Below are positions 9,363-18,849 of a stretch of DNA of 64,000 bases, piece by piece. The stretch is from an uncultured bacterium (lineage in GTDB: Bacteria > Krumholzibacteriota > Krumholzibacteriia > Krumholzibacteriales > Krumholzibacteriaceae): assembly GCA_963786935.1 (NCBI GenBank), contig CAWBAN010000001.1, positions 224,001 through 288,000 on the forward strand, given 5' to 3'. Each line of letters starts with the position of its first letter. Positions within the stretch are counted from its first letter, which is position 1. A program made the translations under genes and the position numbers. Below the pieces are notes generated by a model. The model was not told where the DNA came from. It made no database searches and saw only the letters and a list, made by a program, of their open reading frames with translations.

Positions 9363-10916
9363 ATGAACGGAAACCGCCGCGCCGTCCCCCTGATGCTCCT
9401 GCTCGCGATCCTCGCGGCGGCGGGCTGTTCCTCCGGCGCGCAGGACGCGACGGTGCGGCTCGCGCTGCAGACGGAGCCCACGACGCTCGATCCCGCCTAT
9501 TCGGTCGATTTCTCCTCGGGCAGGATCGCCTCGCTCATTCATTCGAATCTCGTCGCCTTCGATCCGGACGCGCGGATCGTCCCCGATCTCGCCCGCAGCT
9601 GGGAGGTCCTCGACGGCGGCCGCCGCTACATGTTCCATCTCGGCGGCGCCCGCTTCTCCAACGGGCGGCCGGTGACCGCGTCGGACGTCGTCTACTCGAT
9701 GCGGCGGCTCCTCGATCCCGGGACCGTGTCGCCCCGGTGGTGGCTGCTCAAGCCGATCGCCGGCGCCGCCGCGTTCCACGGGGGAGGGGCGTGGGACGCC
9801 GCGTCGGTGCGGGCGCTCGACGATTCGACGGTCGCCGTGAGGCTCGAATATCCCGTCGCCCATTTCCTCGGGCTGCTGGCGATGCCCGCGGCGGGGATCG
9901 TGTGCCGCGAGGAGGTCGAGCGGCTCGGGAAGGGATACGGGCGCACGCCCTGCGGGAGCGGTCCCTGGAAGCTGTCCGCGTGGCGGGAGGGGGACGAGAT
10001 CGTGCTGGCGCCGAATCCGGGTTATCCCGGCCGCCGGACGCCGCTGGCGGGGCTCTCCTTCCGCGTCATTCCCGAGCAGATGACGCAGATCGCCGAGTTC
10101 GAGGTCGGCTCCCTCGACGTCCTCGAGGTGCCGCGCGCGGAGCTGGAGCACTGGCGCGCGGCCGGCACGACGCTCCTCTCGCGGGAGGAGCTCAGGGTCG
10201 TCTATATCGGATTCAACACGACGCGCCCCCCCTTGAGCGATCCCCGCGTGCGGCGCGCCCTCAACATGGCGGTGGACGTCGAGAAGATCATCGCGCACGT
10301 TCTGTTCGGCGCGGGGGAGCGCTCGCGCGGCGTCGTCCCGCCGAGCCTGCGCGGCGCGCCGGGGCCGGCGGAGCGCTACCCGTTCGACCCCGCCCGCGCG
10401 CGCGCGCTGCTCGCGGAGGCGGGATATCCGCGCGGTTTCGCCATGGAGCTCTGGCAGCGGGAGAATCCGGAAGCGGGCCTGATTCTCGAGAGCGTCCAGG
10501 CGTACCTGGCCGACGTCGGCGTGACGGCCACGCTCGTCACGCGGGAGTGGGGGGCCTTCAAGGAAGCGATCGACCGGGGCACGCCCGACGCATTCTTCAT
10601 CGATTGGCTCGCCGATTACCCCGACGCGGAGAATTTTCTCGCCCCGCTCTTCTCGTCGGCGAATATCGGCGGGGGAGGGAACCGGACCGGCTATCGCAAC
10701 GCGCGCGTCGACTCGATCCTCGACGCCGCGTCGACGTGTCTGGACGCCGCGAAGCGCGGGGAGCTCCACCGGGCCGCGGAGGACATCGTGTACGGGGACG
10801 CGCCGTGGCTCTTTCTCTGGTTTCCCGAGAAGTACGAGGTCGTGAGCCCGCGGCTCACGGGATATCGGATCCCGCTCATCTTCAACGGCCAGCGTTTTCT
10901 CGAGACGGGCGTTTGA
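9363..10916 (+). CDS. Peptide ABC transporter substrate-binding lipoprotein (family 5, DppA/GsiB-like)
   Basis: Lipobox LAAAG-C; EPTTLDP, PDLARSW, FSNGRPVTASDVVYS, DPRVRRAL. Confidence 0.9.
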   Translation: MNGNRRAVPLMLLLAILAAAGCSSGAQDATVRLALQTEPTTLDPAYSVDFSSGRIASLIHSNLVAFDPDARIVPDLARSWEVLDGGRRYMFHLGGARFSNGRPVTASDVVYSMRRLLDPGTVSPRWWLLKPIAGAAAFHGGGAWDAASVRALDDSTVAVRLEYPVAHFLGLLAMPAAGIVCREEVERLGKGYGRTPCGSGPWKLSAWREGDEIVLAPNPGYPGRRTPLAGLSFRVIPEQMTQIAEFEVGSLDVLEVPRAELEHWRAAGTTLLSREELRVVYIGFNTTRPPLSDPRVRRALNMAVDVEKIIAHVLFGAGERSRGVVPPSLRGAPGPAERYPFDPARARALLAEAGYPRGFAMELWQRENPEAGLILESVQAYLADVGVTATLVTREWGAFKEAIDRGTPDAFFIDWLADYPDAENFLAPLFSSANIGGGGNRTGYRNARVDSILDAASTCLDAAKRGELHRAAEDIVYGDAPWLFLWFPEKYEVVSPRLTGYRIPLIFNGQRFLETGV

Positions 10917-10931
10917 TCCGGGGGGCGTGAC

Positions 10932-11870
10932 GTGCGCGCATTCGTCGTGAAACGCGTTTTGATGCTCGTTCCGATTCTTTTCGGCGTGGCGACCCTCACC
11001 TTCCTCCTCATGTACGTCGTGCCGGGGGATCCGGTGCGCGCGCTCGCCGGGGAGCGCTACGACGAGGAAACGCTCGCCCGGATGCGCGCGGAGCTCGGGC
11101 TCGACCGGCCGCTCGCCGTCCAGTACGTCGATTTTCTCGGCCGCCTCGCGCGCTTCGATCTGGGAACCTCGTTCGTCACACGGCGCCCCGTCGCCGAGGC
11201 GATCCGGGAGCGGTTCCCGCGGACGCTCGCGCTCGCGTTGAGCGCGATGGCGCTCGCGATCGCGGGGGGCGTGGCGATCGGCGCCGTCGCCGCCTGGAAC
11301 CGGCACCCCGCCGTGTCGCGGCTGCTCATGACCGTTTCGCTCGTGGGCGTTTCGATGCCCGTGTTCTGGCTGGGGCTCCTCCTCATCTATCTCTTCGCGA
11401 TCACGCTCCGCGTGCTGCCGCCTTCGGGATACGGCGGCGGCTCGATCCGCCACCTGATTCTTCCCGCGCTCACGCTGTCCTTCGCGTCGATGGCGACGAT
11501 CGCCCGGGTGACGCGCTCGGGCGTGCTCGACGCGCTCGGGGAGGATTACGTGCGGACGGCGCGCGCGAAGGGACTCGGCGAGCGGATCGTCCTCGGCAAG
11601 CACGTGCTCCGGAACGCGCTCATTCCCGTCATCACGATCGCCGGGGCGGACTTCGGCGGCTATCTGAGCGGCTCCGTCCTGACCGAATCGGTTTTCGGAT
11701 GGCCCGGTCTCGGCCGGTTCATCGTGCAGGCGATCCTCAAACGCGATTTCCCGGTGATCCAGGGAGCGGTGCTCTTCATGGCGGTGCTGTTCGTGCTCGT
11801 GAATCTCGCCGTCGACCTGAGCTACGGCGCGATCGATCCGCGGATCAGGCCGGAAGGGGGGAAGCGGTGA
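10932..11870 (+). CDS. Peptide ABC transporter permease (DppB-like)
   Basis: VPGDP, LGLDRPL, EAA loop DYVRTARAKGL, VFGWPGLG, RDFPVIQG. Confidence 0.93.
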   Translation: MRAFVVKRVLMLVPILFGVATLTFLLMYVVPGDPVRALAGERYDEETLARMRAELGLDRPLAVQYVDFLGRLARFDLGTSFVTRRPVAEAIRERFPRTLALALSAMALAIAGGVAIGAVAAWNRHPAVSRLLMTVSLVGVSMPVFWLGLLLIYLFAITLRVLPPSGYGGGSIRHLILPALTLSFASMATIARVTRSGVLDALGEDYVRTARAKGLGERIVLGKHVLRNALIPVITIAGADFGGYLSGSVLTESVFGWPGLGRFIVQAILKRDFPVIQGAVLFMAVLFVLVNLAVDLSYGAIDPRIRPEGGKR

Positions 11871-12769
11871 CGCGGGGCGGAGGATTCTGGCGGAGATTCG
11901 CGCGGTCGCGCGCGGCCGCGGCGGGGCTCGTCATCTTCGCCGTGCTGCTGGCGGCCGCGATCCTCGCGGAGGCGATCGCTCCCGCGCCCCCGGAGGCGAT
12001 CGACCTCGACGCGGCGCTCGAGCGCCCGTCGGTCCGCCATCCGTTCGGCACCGACCCGTTCGGGCGGGACGTGCTGTCGCGGATCGTGCACGGATCGCGC
12101 ATCTCGCTCGGCGTCGGCTTCCTCGCGCGGACCATCTCGCTCCTCATCGGGCTCGCCCTCGGCGCGCTCGCGGGGTACTTCGGCGGCCGCCTCGACTCGG
12201 TGCTCATGCGGCTCGCGGACATCACCTTCGCCTATCCGACGCTGCTCCTCCTCATCGCGATCATCGCCGTCGTCTCGCCGGGCATCGTGTCGCTGTTCGT
12301 CACGCTCGGCGTCGTCGGATGGGCCTCGGTGGCGCGGCTCGTGCGGGCCGAGGTGCTCTCGGTGAAGGAGCGCGAGTACGTGCAGGCGGCGCGGGCCTCG
12401 GGAGCGAGCCACGCCGTGATCCTGCTCCGGCATATTCTGCCGCAGTGCCTCGCGAGCGTCCTCGTCGTCTACACGCTCGGTCTCGGAATGACGATCATGG
12501 CCGAGGCGTCCCTGAGCTTCCTCGGGCTCGGCGTCCAGCCGCCGGCGCCGAGCTGGGGAGGGATGATCTCGGGGGGCATCGCCTTCATGCGGACCGCGCC
12601 CTGGCTCTCGTTCTTTCCGGGGCTCTTTCTCACCCTTACCGTGTGCTCGCTCAACCTGATCGGCGACGGGTTGCGGGACGCCCTCAATCCCCGCCTCTCC
12701 CCGGGGCTCGCGGGAGCGTCCGGCGCCGCCGGCGGGCGAAGCGATCGAAGGGAGCCGATCGATGGATAA
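11867..12769 (+). CDS. Peptide ABC transporter permease (DppC-like)
   Basis: HPFGTDPFGRDVLSR, EYVQAARASGA, LSFLGLG..PSWG; GTGA overlap with the dppB stop. Confidence 0.92.
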   Translation: MTRGGGFWRRFARSRAAAAGLVIFAVLLAAAILAEAIAPAPPEAIDLDAALERPSVRHPFGTDPFGRDVLSRIVHGSRISLGVGFLARTISLLIGLALGALAGYFGGRLDSVLMRLADITFAYPTLLLLIAIIAVVSPGIVSLFVTLGVVGWASVARLVRAEVLSVKEREYVQAARASGASHAVILLRHILPQCLASVLVVYTLGLGMTIMAEASLSFLGLGVQPPAPSWGGMISGGIAFMRTAPWLSFFPGLFLTLTVCSLNLIGDGLRDALNPRLSPGLAGASGAAGGRSDRREPIDG

Positions 12770-13832
12770 CGCCCCTCAGCGACTGTGTGAGGCCGTTTCC
12801 GCGGCCGAGAAGGAATGCGGCCTCGACTGGCGCCGGAGCTACTCGAAGCTCTCGCCGCGCGCGACGGGCTCGTTCGAGCTCGAGCTGAGCCGCGACGAGG
12901 TGCTGCGCGCCCTTCCGGACCGTCTCACGGGATTCGCCCTCGAGCGCGACGAGGCGGGGCGCGTGAGACGAGCCTCGTCGAACGGGCTGACGGTGCGGAT
13001 CACGCTGCTCTCGCCGGGAACGGCCCGGCCGCTCTGGGTCACGTCGAGCGTGGCCGACGTGCGGCGCGAGGGGGCGCACGCCGCGGAGCTGCTCACGCAG
13101 CTCATCATGGGGGAGGCGGCGTTGCCGCTCAAGGCGGAGGGGGACTGGTATTTCGTGCGCCTCGCGGACGATTATCACGGATGGGTGCGATCGTGGTACG
13201 TCCGCGAAACGGATGCCGGGGAGATCGCGGCGTACGAGGCGGCCGCGAACGCCGTCGTCGCGGCGAACGTCGCCTACGCGCTTTCGGCCCCCGCGGAGGG
13301 GAGCCTTCCCGTTTCCGAAGCGGTCGCCGGGGCGCGTGTCGTCGCCGCCCCGCCGGCCGGCGGATATCGCGCCGTCACCCTCCCCGGCGGAAAGAGCGGA
13401 TTCATGCGGGAGGATGCGCTCGCGGAGCGGCGCCGGTCCGGAGCCCCCGATCGCGAGCGCCTCGTCGAGCGGGCGAAGCGCTTCGTGGGAATCCCGTATC
13501 TCTGGGGCGGGACGACGCCGAAAGGCTTCGACTGCTCGGGGCTCGTGCAGCGCGCGTATCTCATGGAGGGCATCTCGCTGCCGCGCGACTCGGACATGCA
13601 GGCGCTCGTCGGGGATCCCGTGCCGAGGGAAGACGCCGCGCGGCTCGCGCCGGGGGATCTCCTCTTCTTCGGCGAAGGGGGACGCGTCTCTCACGTCGCG
13701 ATGAGCCTGGGCGGGGACCTCTTCATACATTCGAGCGGGGAGGTGAGGATCAACAGCCTGCGGATCGGCGACGAGCGTTGCGATGAAAAATTCTCGAAAA
13801 TATTTCTTTTCGCCCGGTCCGTTCTGCGGTAA
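12762..13832 (+). CDS. NlpC/P60 (C40) peptidase with SH3-like domains, YkfC/dipeptidyl-peptidase VI-like
   Basis: TQLIMGE and DDYHGWV SH3-like motifs; PYLWGG, GFDCSG (catalytic Cys), LPRDS, GDLLFF, SHVA, FIHSSG. Confidence 0.88.
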   Translation: MDNAPQRLCEAVSAAEKECGLDWRRSYSKLSPRATGSFELELSRDEVLRALPDRLTGFALERDEAGRVRRASSNGLTVRITLLSPGTARPLWVTSSVADVRREGAHAAELLTQLIMGEAALPLKAEGDWYFVRLADDYHGWVRSWYVRETDAGEIAAYEAAANAVVAANVAYALSAPAEGSLPVSEAVAGARVVAAPPAGGYRAVTLPGGKSGFMREDALAERRRSGAPDRERLVERAKRFVGIPYLWGGTTPKGFDCSGLVQRAYLMEGISLPRDSDMQALVGDPVPREDAARLAPGDLLFFGEGGRVSHVAMSLGGDLFIHSSGEVRINSLRIGDERCDEKFSKIFLFARSVLR

Positions 13833-13911
13833 TAATGGCGTCGAGAAGAAGAAGGGCTCTCGATCGCCCGCGAGGCGCGGAGAAAATAATTTGAATTACG
13901 CTAAAAAAATA

Positions 13912-13940
13912 TTGACAAGATTTCCTAGTGCCTTTAACTT
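13912..13940 (+). promoter_or_regulatory. sigma70-type promoter upstream of the large OMP gene
   Basis: TTGACA-N17-TAACTT preceded by an A-rich UP-like tract. Confidence 0.7.
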
Positions 13941-13997
13941 AACGCCCAAAAAATCAAGAGGGTTCGAGGTTCATTGAGAGGGGGTCGCCGGAAAAAC

Positions 13998-14214
13998 TTG
14001 GTACATGATTTGACCAGTTGACGAGGTTTGAGAAGCGGGCTTGCGGCGGTGCCGCAAGTACCAACAGAATTGACGCCTTATCGAGAAAGGGGGAAAGCCA
14101 AAAGAGAGACGTAAGCGCCTCTTAAGGCGCAGCGATGAAGGAGAAACCAGGAAACTCATCCGCTTACGTGTGCGGTTATATAGAAAGGATCCTGAAGGTT
14201 TTTCCCGCAAGGGA
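13998..14214 (+). ncRNA. Putative structured 5' leader / cis-regulatory RNA (family not recognised)
   Basis: Several complementary segments: 14040-47/14051-58, 14109-17/14161-69, 14115-20/14125-30, 14134-38/14156-60, and a GCAA-tetraloop hairpin at 14203-14214. Confidence 0.35.
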
Positions 14215-14236
14215 GATTTCTGACAGGGGGTTTGTA

Positions 14237-15664
14237 ATGAAAAAGGCATTCGCAATTCTCCTCTCGGCGCTCTTCGTGGTCGCCCTCGCCGTCCCGGTCT
14301 TCGCGACCGACGCTCGGCAGTACGCCCTCGGCAGCGTCGGCCCGTACATCGAGGATGACTTCAACATCTTCACGTGGTACGGCACGCTACCTTCCTACAG
14401 CAACACGGTGTGGATCGGCCTCGAGTATTACGATTACTACATGTACCTCGGCGCGTCGTCTGACGACGGCTACGGCGGCCGTCCGTACCTCGGCGCCGCC
14501 TACGGGCTCGGCTCGGAAGGCAAGTACGGAACGCTGGCGATGTTCTTCAACAACGTCGGCATGCCGTTGAACCGCGGGGGCTGGGGCTGGGACAGCTATG
14601 ATCCCTACACCAACAGCCTGCCGGCCAAGTGGGAAGTCATGTACGGCTACGCGATGGAGAAGCTCTCCTTCGGTCTGTACTTCAGCCGCGCCGACGGACA
14701 TACGACGTACGACTGGAGCAGGACCTATGCCCTTCCCGATACGACCGTTGCGTACCTCGATGATTACCAGATGGCGTACACGACGATCGGCGCCGGCGTC
14801 CGCTTCGACATCGGCGAGAAGATGTACGCGGACCTCGCGTTCGACTACAAGTGGGCGGGCCAGACGGTCAACGAGGAAAGCTACTCCGGAGATTATTACT
14901 ACGGCTGGGGCGAAGTCAGCGCCGACGCCAACAAGATGATGAACTTCCGCGGCCGCATGTTCTACGAATGGAACGAAACGATCACCTGGGTTCCGTACGC
15001 GAGCTTCGGCACCTTCGATTTCAGCCTCGACAGCGACTCGACGAAGGTCTTCAACCGCGTCTTCACGAACGACACGCTCTCGTGGAAGGATGTCAATTAC
15101 GGCGTGAAGGGCATGGAGTTCATCCTCGGACTCGGCGCGAACATCAAGGTCAACGAGAACAACCTGCTCCTCTTCGCGATCGAGCCCTACAGCTACCGCA
15201 AGCTCGAGCAGTCGGATCCCCCGGCGGGGGATTTCGTGCGGTACGACGCCTACTACTATCCGTACTACTACAATGACAGCTATGAGTGGGGCAAGAAGCA
15301 CGAAGATACCGAGACGATTCTCCCGACGTTCCGCCTCGCCCTTGAAAGCGACGTTCGGGATTGGCTGACCTTCCGAATCGGCGCCGTGAAGGGGTTCTAT
15401 AAGGACGAGTACAAGCTGAGCTACACGGCCCAAACCGGTCCGGATGACGAAGACGACATCGAGGAATACGAGGAGACCGATACGTATGTCGGAAGCTATT
15501 TCGAATACTACATGGGTCTCGGATTCCACGTGAGCGATTTCGACATCGATGTGGTCGTCAACAACAACCTGCCGTTCCGCATCGGCTACTGGCTGACCGG
15601 CTATCAGCCCAGCGAGTACTCCGGTCCTCCGGTGTACATGCTGTCCGCGACGTATCACTTCTAG
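14237..15664 (+). CDS. Large Tyr/Asp-rich outer membrane beta-barrel protein (porin-like, family unassigned)
   Basis: Sec signal MKKAFAILL...VFA, amphipathic beta-strands, C-terminal beta-signal SATYHF; own promoter and terminator. Confidence 0.75.
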   Translation: MKKAFAILLSALFVVALAVPVFATDARQYALGSVGPYIEDDFNIFTWYGTLPSYSNTVWIGLEYYDYYMYLGASSDDGYGGRPYLGAAYGLGSEGKYGTLAMFFNNVGMPLNRGGWGWDSYDPYTNSLPAKWEVMYGYAMEKLSFGLYFSRADGHTTYDWSRTYALPDTTVAYLDDYQMAYTTIGAGVRFDIGEKMYADLAFDYKWAGQTVNEESYSGDYYYGWGEVSADANKMMNFRGRMFYEWNETITWVPYASFGTFDFSLDSDSTKVFNRVFTNDTLSWKDVNYGVKGMEFILGLGANIKVNENNLLLFAIEPYSYRKLEQSDPPAGDFVRYDAYYYPYYYNDSYEWGKKHEDTETILPTFRLALESDVRDWLTFRIGAVKGFYKDEYKLSYTAQTGPDDEDDIEEYEETDTYVGSYFEYYMGLGFHVSDFDIDVVVNNNLPFRIGYWLTGYQPSEYSGPPVYMLSATYHF

Positions 15665-15689
15665 AAGTGACCGGCGCGCGTTTGAGCGC

Positions 15690-15718
15690 AAGGGGGGCCG
15701 TTCGGGCCCCCCTTTTTT
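15690..15718 (+). terminator. Rho-independent terminator
   Basis: AAGGGGGGCC-gttcg-GGCCCCCCTT followed by a T tract. Confidence 0.88.
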
Positions 15719-15778
15719 ATCCCTTTTCTGGTCTATTACTTGCAGCCTCCCCCGTGATCTCCGGAATCAAGGGGGAGC

Positions 15779-17029
15779 ATGTACTTTTTCTATTACATCC
15801 CCATCGGGCTCGACGTCGGGGCGCGGAAGCGGCCGTACGTCACCTATTTTCTGGCGGCCTCATGCGTAATCCTTTATATTATATATAGATACAGACCGAT
15901 CGGGCAGTGGTGGGATTTCACTCTGCTCATCTTCCAGCCGAGCGCCCCTTCCGCCGCCACTGCGGTCACCCATGCCTTTTTGCATGGCGGGTGGATGCAT
16001 CTGATCGGAAACCTCGTTTACCTCATCGTGTTCGGGAGACCGCTCGAGGACCGGCTCGGTTCCTTCAAATTCTATCTCGTATTCACGCTGTCGGCCGCGG
16101 TCGGGGCGTACACGCATCTCATCCTGACCGCGCTCTATTCCCCCGCGTATTTGCAGTACGGCGTCATCGGCGCATCGGGAGCGACCTCGGGCATCCTGGG
16201 GGCGTATCTCGTTCGATTGCATTTCAGCCGGGTGCGCGTCGGGTACTGGGTGTTCATGCCCTTGCAGGGGGTGAACCGGGCGGGGAGGACGTACGTTCCC
16301 GTCATCTTCGCGATTCTTTTCTGGTTCGCGCTCCAGGGGATCCGCGCGGTGATTCAGTTCGGGACGGGGGGGATGAGCGTCGCGTACAGCGTCCATCTCG
16401 GCGGATTCGCGGCGGGAGCCTTGCTCGCGGTCGGCTTCGGGGCGCTCGCCCGCGCGCGCGCCGAGCGTTGCCTCGCCGCGGCCCGGCGACGCTTCGAGGC
16501 GGCTGACTGGTTCGGCGCGCAGGCGGAATACGCCGAGTACCTCGCCCTGGAGCGGGGGGACGCCGGGGTGAACGCGGAGCAGGCCCGGGCGCATCTCGCC
16601 GCGGGGGACCGGCCGGGCGCGCGTGAATTCTACGTTGAAGCGGTGCGGATGTCCGCCGAGAACGGGCAGCGGGACGCCGCGGAGGCGTATTTCGACGAGG
16701 CGATGCGCCACATCCCGAGCTTCGCCCTTCCCGAGCCCCTCCATATCGATATCGCCTGCGGGATGGAGCGGACTCTCAAGTATCGCTCGGCGATGGCGGC
16801 CTACGAGCGTTTTATGCGGTGCTATCCGCGCTCGCAGGAGGCGCCGTTCGTTCTTCTCAGGATGGCGGGCATGCTCGAAAAGCGCTTCGAACGGCCGGAA
16901 GAGGCGCTCGCCTGCTATGTGAGGCTCGCCGGCGAGTACGCGGCCGATCGGTGGGCCGAGTACGCGCGGAAGGAAATCGGGCGTCTGGAACGCTTCGTTT
17001 CCGCGATTCCGGCGTTCGAGAAAAAATGA
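15779..17029 (+). CDS. Rhomboid family intramembrane serine protease with C-terminal TPR-like domain
   Basis: FLHGGWMHLIGN, IGASGA (catalytic Ser), AYSVHLGGF (catalytic His); helical TPR-like tail. Confidence 0.88.
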   Translation: MYFFYYIPIGLDVGARKRPYVTYFLAASCVILYIIYRYRPIGQWWDFTLLIFQPSAPSAATAVTHAFLHGGWMHLIGNLVYLIVFGRPLEDRLGSFKFYLVFTLSAAVGAYTHLILTALYSPAYLQYGVIGASGATSGILGAYLVRLHFSRVRVGYWVFMPLQGVNRAGRTYVPVIFAILFWFALQGIRAVIQFGTGGMSVAYSVHLGGFAAGALLAVGFGALARARAERCLAAARRRFEAADWFGAQAEYAEYLALERGDAGVNAEQARAHLAAGDRPGAREFYVEAVRMSAENGQRDAAEAYFDEAMRHIPSFALPEPLHIDIACGMERTLKYRSAMAAYERFMRCYPRSQEAPFVLLRMAGMLEKRFERPEEALACYVRLAGEYAADRWAEYARKEIGRLERFVSAIPAFEKK

Positions 17030-17056
17030 TTTGCACTTTTTTGCGGTTGTGCCAAA

Positions 17057-17794
17057 ATGGCTTGCGATGCGGATGAGCTTCTGTTAGGTTTCAGCCGGCA
17101 GTGCGGGGCGGGGAGGCTTGTGGGTGCTGGGAAATCGTCACTCGAGCTGCTGAGATCGAGGGGCGTGGTGCGCGGTCTCGAGGCGATCGGCGAAACCGAG
17201 TTGATCGCGCTCGTGATCGGCGCGTGCAACCATCGATCGGGCGGGGCGATCGCCCAGGAATTGATCGACCGTTTCGGCGGCCTCGCCGGATTGGAAGGCG
17301 CGGCGGTCGAGGAGCTCATGACGATCGAGGGATTGGGACCCGCGTCGTCGATGAGGCTCAAGGCTTCGTTCGAGCTCGGCAAACGGTGCATCGTCTCGAT
17401 GAGGGAGGGCGCCATCCGGAAGCTGCGGGGGCCCGAAGATGCGGCCGCGATCATGACCGTCGAGATGCGCGGGCTCGATCGAGAGCACTTCAAGGCGATC
17501 CTCCTCGACACGAAGAACGGCATCCGCAAGGTCGTGACGGTTGCGGTGGGATCGCTGAACGCGGCGCTCGTTCATCCGCGGGAGCTGTTCAAGGCCGCGG
17601 TCGCGGCGAGCGCGGCGGGCATCATTCTCGTGCACAACCACCCGACCGGGAATCCGGAGCCAAGCGTCGAAGACACGGAGCTCACGCTCCGTTTCGTGAA
17701 ATGCGGAGAGCTCATGGGTATCGAACTCGTCGACCATATCGTCATCGGGGGCGATCGATTCGTCAGCTTGCGCGAGCGCGGTCTCATCGCGTGA
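17057..17794 (+). CDS. radC: RadC family JAB-domain protein (true start may be GTG 17120)
   Basis: Hh[33 protein letters not shown]; radC-mreB synteny. Confidence 0.88.
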   Translation: MACDADELLLGFSRQCGAGRLVGAGKSSLELLRSRGVVRGLEAIGETELIALVIGACNHRSGGAIAQELIDRFGGLAGLEGAAVEELMTIEGLGPASSMRLKASFELGKRCIVSMREGAIRKLRGPEDAAAIMTVEMRGLDREHFKAILLDTKNGIRKVVTVAVGSLNAALVHPRELFKAAVAASAAGIILVHNHPTGNPEPSVEDTELTLRFVKCGELMGIELVDHIVIGGDRFVSLRERGLIA

Positions 17795-17813
17795 GGAAAG
17801 GCGAGGGTTATCC

Positions 17814-18848
17814 GTGCTGGACCGTTTAGCGAACTATTTCTCGAACGAAATCGCGATCGATCTCGGCACCGCCAACACGCTCGTGTACGTGAAGGGGAAC
17901 GGCATCGTTCTCAACGAGCCGTCGGTCGTCGCCGTGGATCAGAAGACGAAGCGCGTGTACGCGGTGGGGGCCGAGGCCAAGGCGATGCTCGGCAAGACGC
18001 CCGATCACATCGTCGCGATCCGCCCGCTCAAGGACGGCGTCATCGCCGACTTCGAGATCACCGAGGACATGCTCCGCGAGTTCATCAAGAAAGCGCAGAA
18101 GAAGCGCTTCTTCATCCGACCCCGCATCGTCATCGCGGTGCCGTCGGGGATCACCGAGGTCGAGCGCCGCGCCGTGACCGATTCGGCGCAGCACGCCGGG
18201 GCGCGCGAGGTGTTCCTCATCGCGGAGCCGATCGCCGCCGCGATCGGCGTGGGGCTGCCCGTCGACAAGCCCTCCGGCAACATGGTGATCGACATCGGCG
18301 GCGGCACGACCGAGATCGCGGTCATCGCGCTCAACGGTATCGTCACCGATATGTCGATCCGCATCGCCGGCGACGAGATGGACGAGGCGATCGTCCTTCA
18401 CATCAAGAAAGCGTACAACCTCCTCATCGGCGACCAGACCGCCGAGCACGTCAAGATGGTGGTCGGCTCGGCGCCGAAGCTCAAGAAAGAGGAGGAAATG
18501 GAGATCAAGGGGCGCGATCTGGTATCGGGCATTCCCAAGACGCTGAAGATATCGAGCGTCGAGGTCCGCGAGGCGCTCGCGGAGCCGGTGAGCCAGATCG
18601 TCGCGGCGGTCAAGACCGCGCTCGAGCAGACGCCGCCCGAGCTCGCGGCCGACATCGTTGACCGGGGGATCGTCATGACGGGCGGCGGCTCGCTGCTGCG
18701 CGGACTGGACACCCTCCTCAAGGAGGAGACGAACCTCCCGATCAACGTCGTCGAGGATCCGCTCACGTGCGTCGTGCTCGGATGCGGCAAGGTTCTGTTG
18801 AACCTGCATCAGTACGAACGGATCATCATGAAGAGCTCCCGGTTCTAA
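17814..18848 (+). CDS. mreB: Rod shape-determining protein MreB
   Basis: [32 protein letters not shown]. Confidence 0.97.
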   Translation: MLDRLANYFSNEIAIDLGTANTLVYVKGNGIVLNEPSVVAVDQKTKRVYAVGAEAKAMLGKTPDHIVAIRPLKDGVIADFEITEDMLREFIKKAQKKRFFIRPRIVIAVPSGITEVERRAVTDSAQHAGAREVFLIAEPIAAAIGVGLPVDKPSGNMVIDIGGGTTEIAVIALNGIVTDMSIRIAGDEMDEAIVLHIKKAYNLLIGDQTAEHVKMVVGSAPKLKKEEEMEIKGRDLVSGIPKTLKISSVEVREALAEPVSQIVAAVKTALEQTPPELAADIVDRGIVMTGGGSLLRGLDTLLKEETNLPINVVEDPLTCVVLGCGKVLLNLHQYERIIMKSSRF

Positions 18849-18849
18849 G

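Noticed and set aside
13941..14236. Known riboswitch (TPP, cobalamin, SAM, c-di-GMP, glycine) in the OMP leader
   Set aside because: I could not locate the diagnostic consensus motifs; kept only as an unassigned structured leader.
17057..17794. RadC/JAB protein as a defence or mobile-element component
   Set aside because: Full-length HhH+JAB form in the standard chromosomal radC-mreBCD context.
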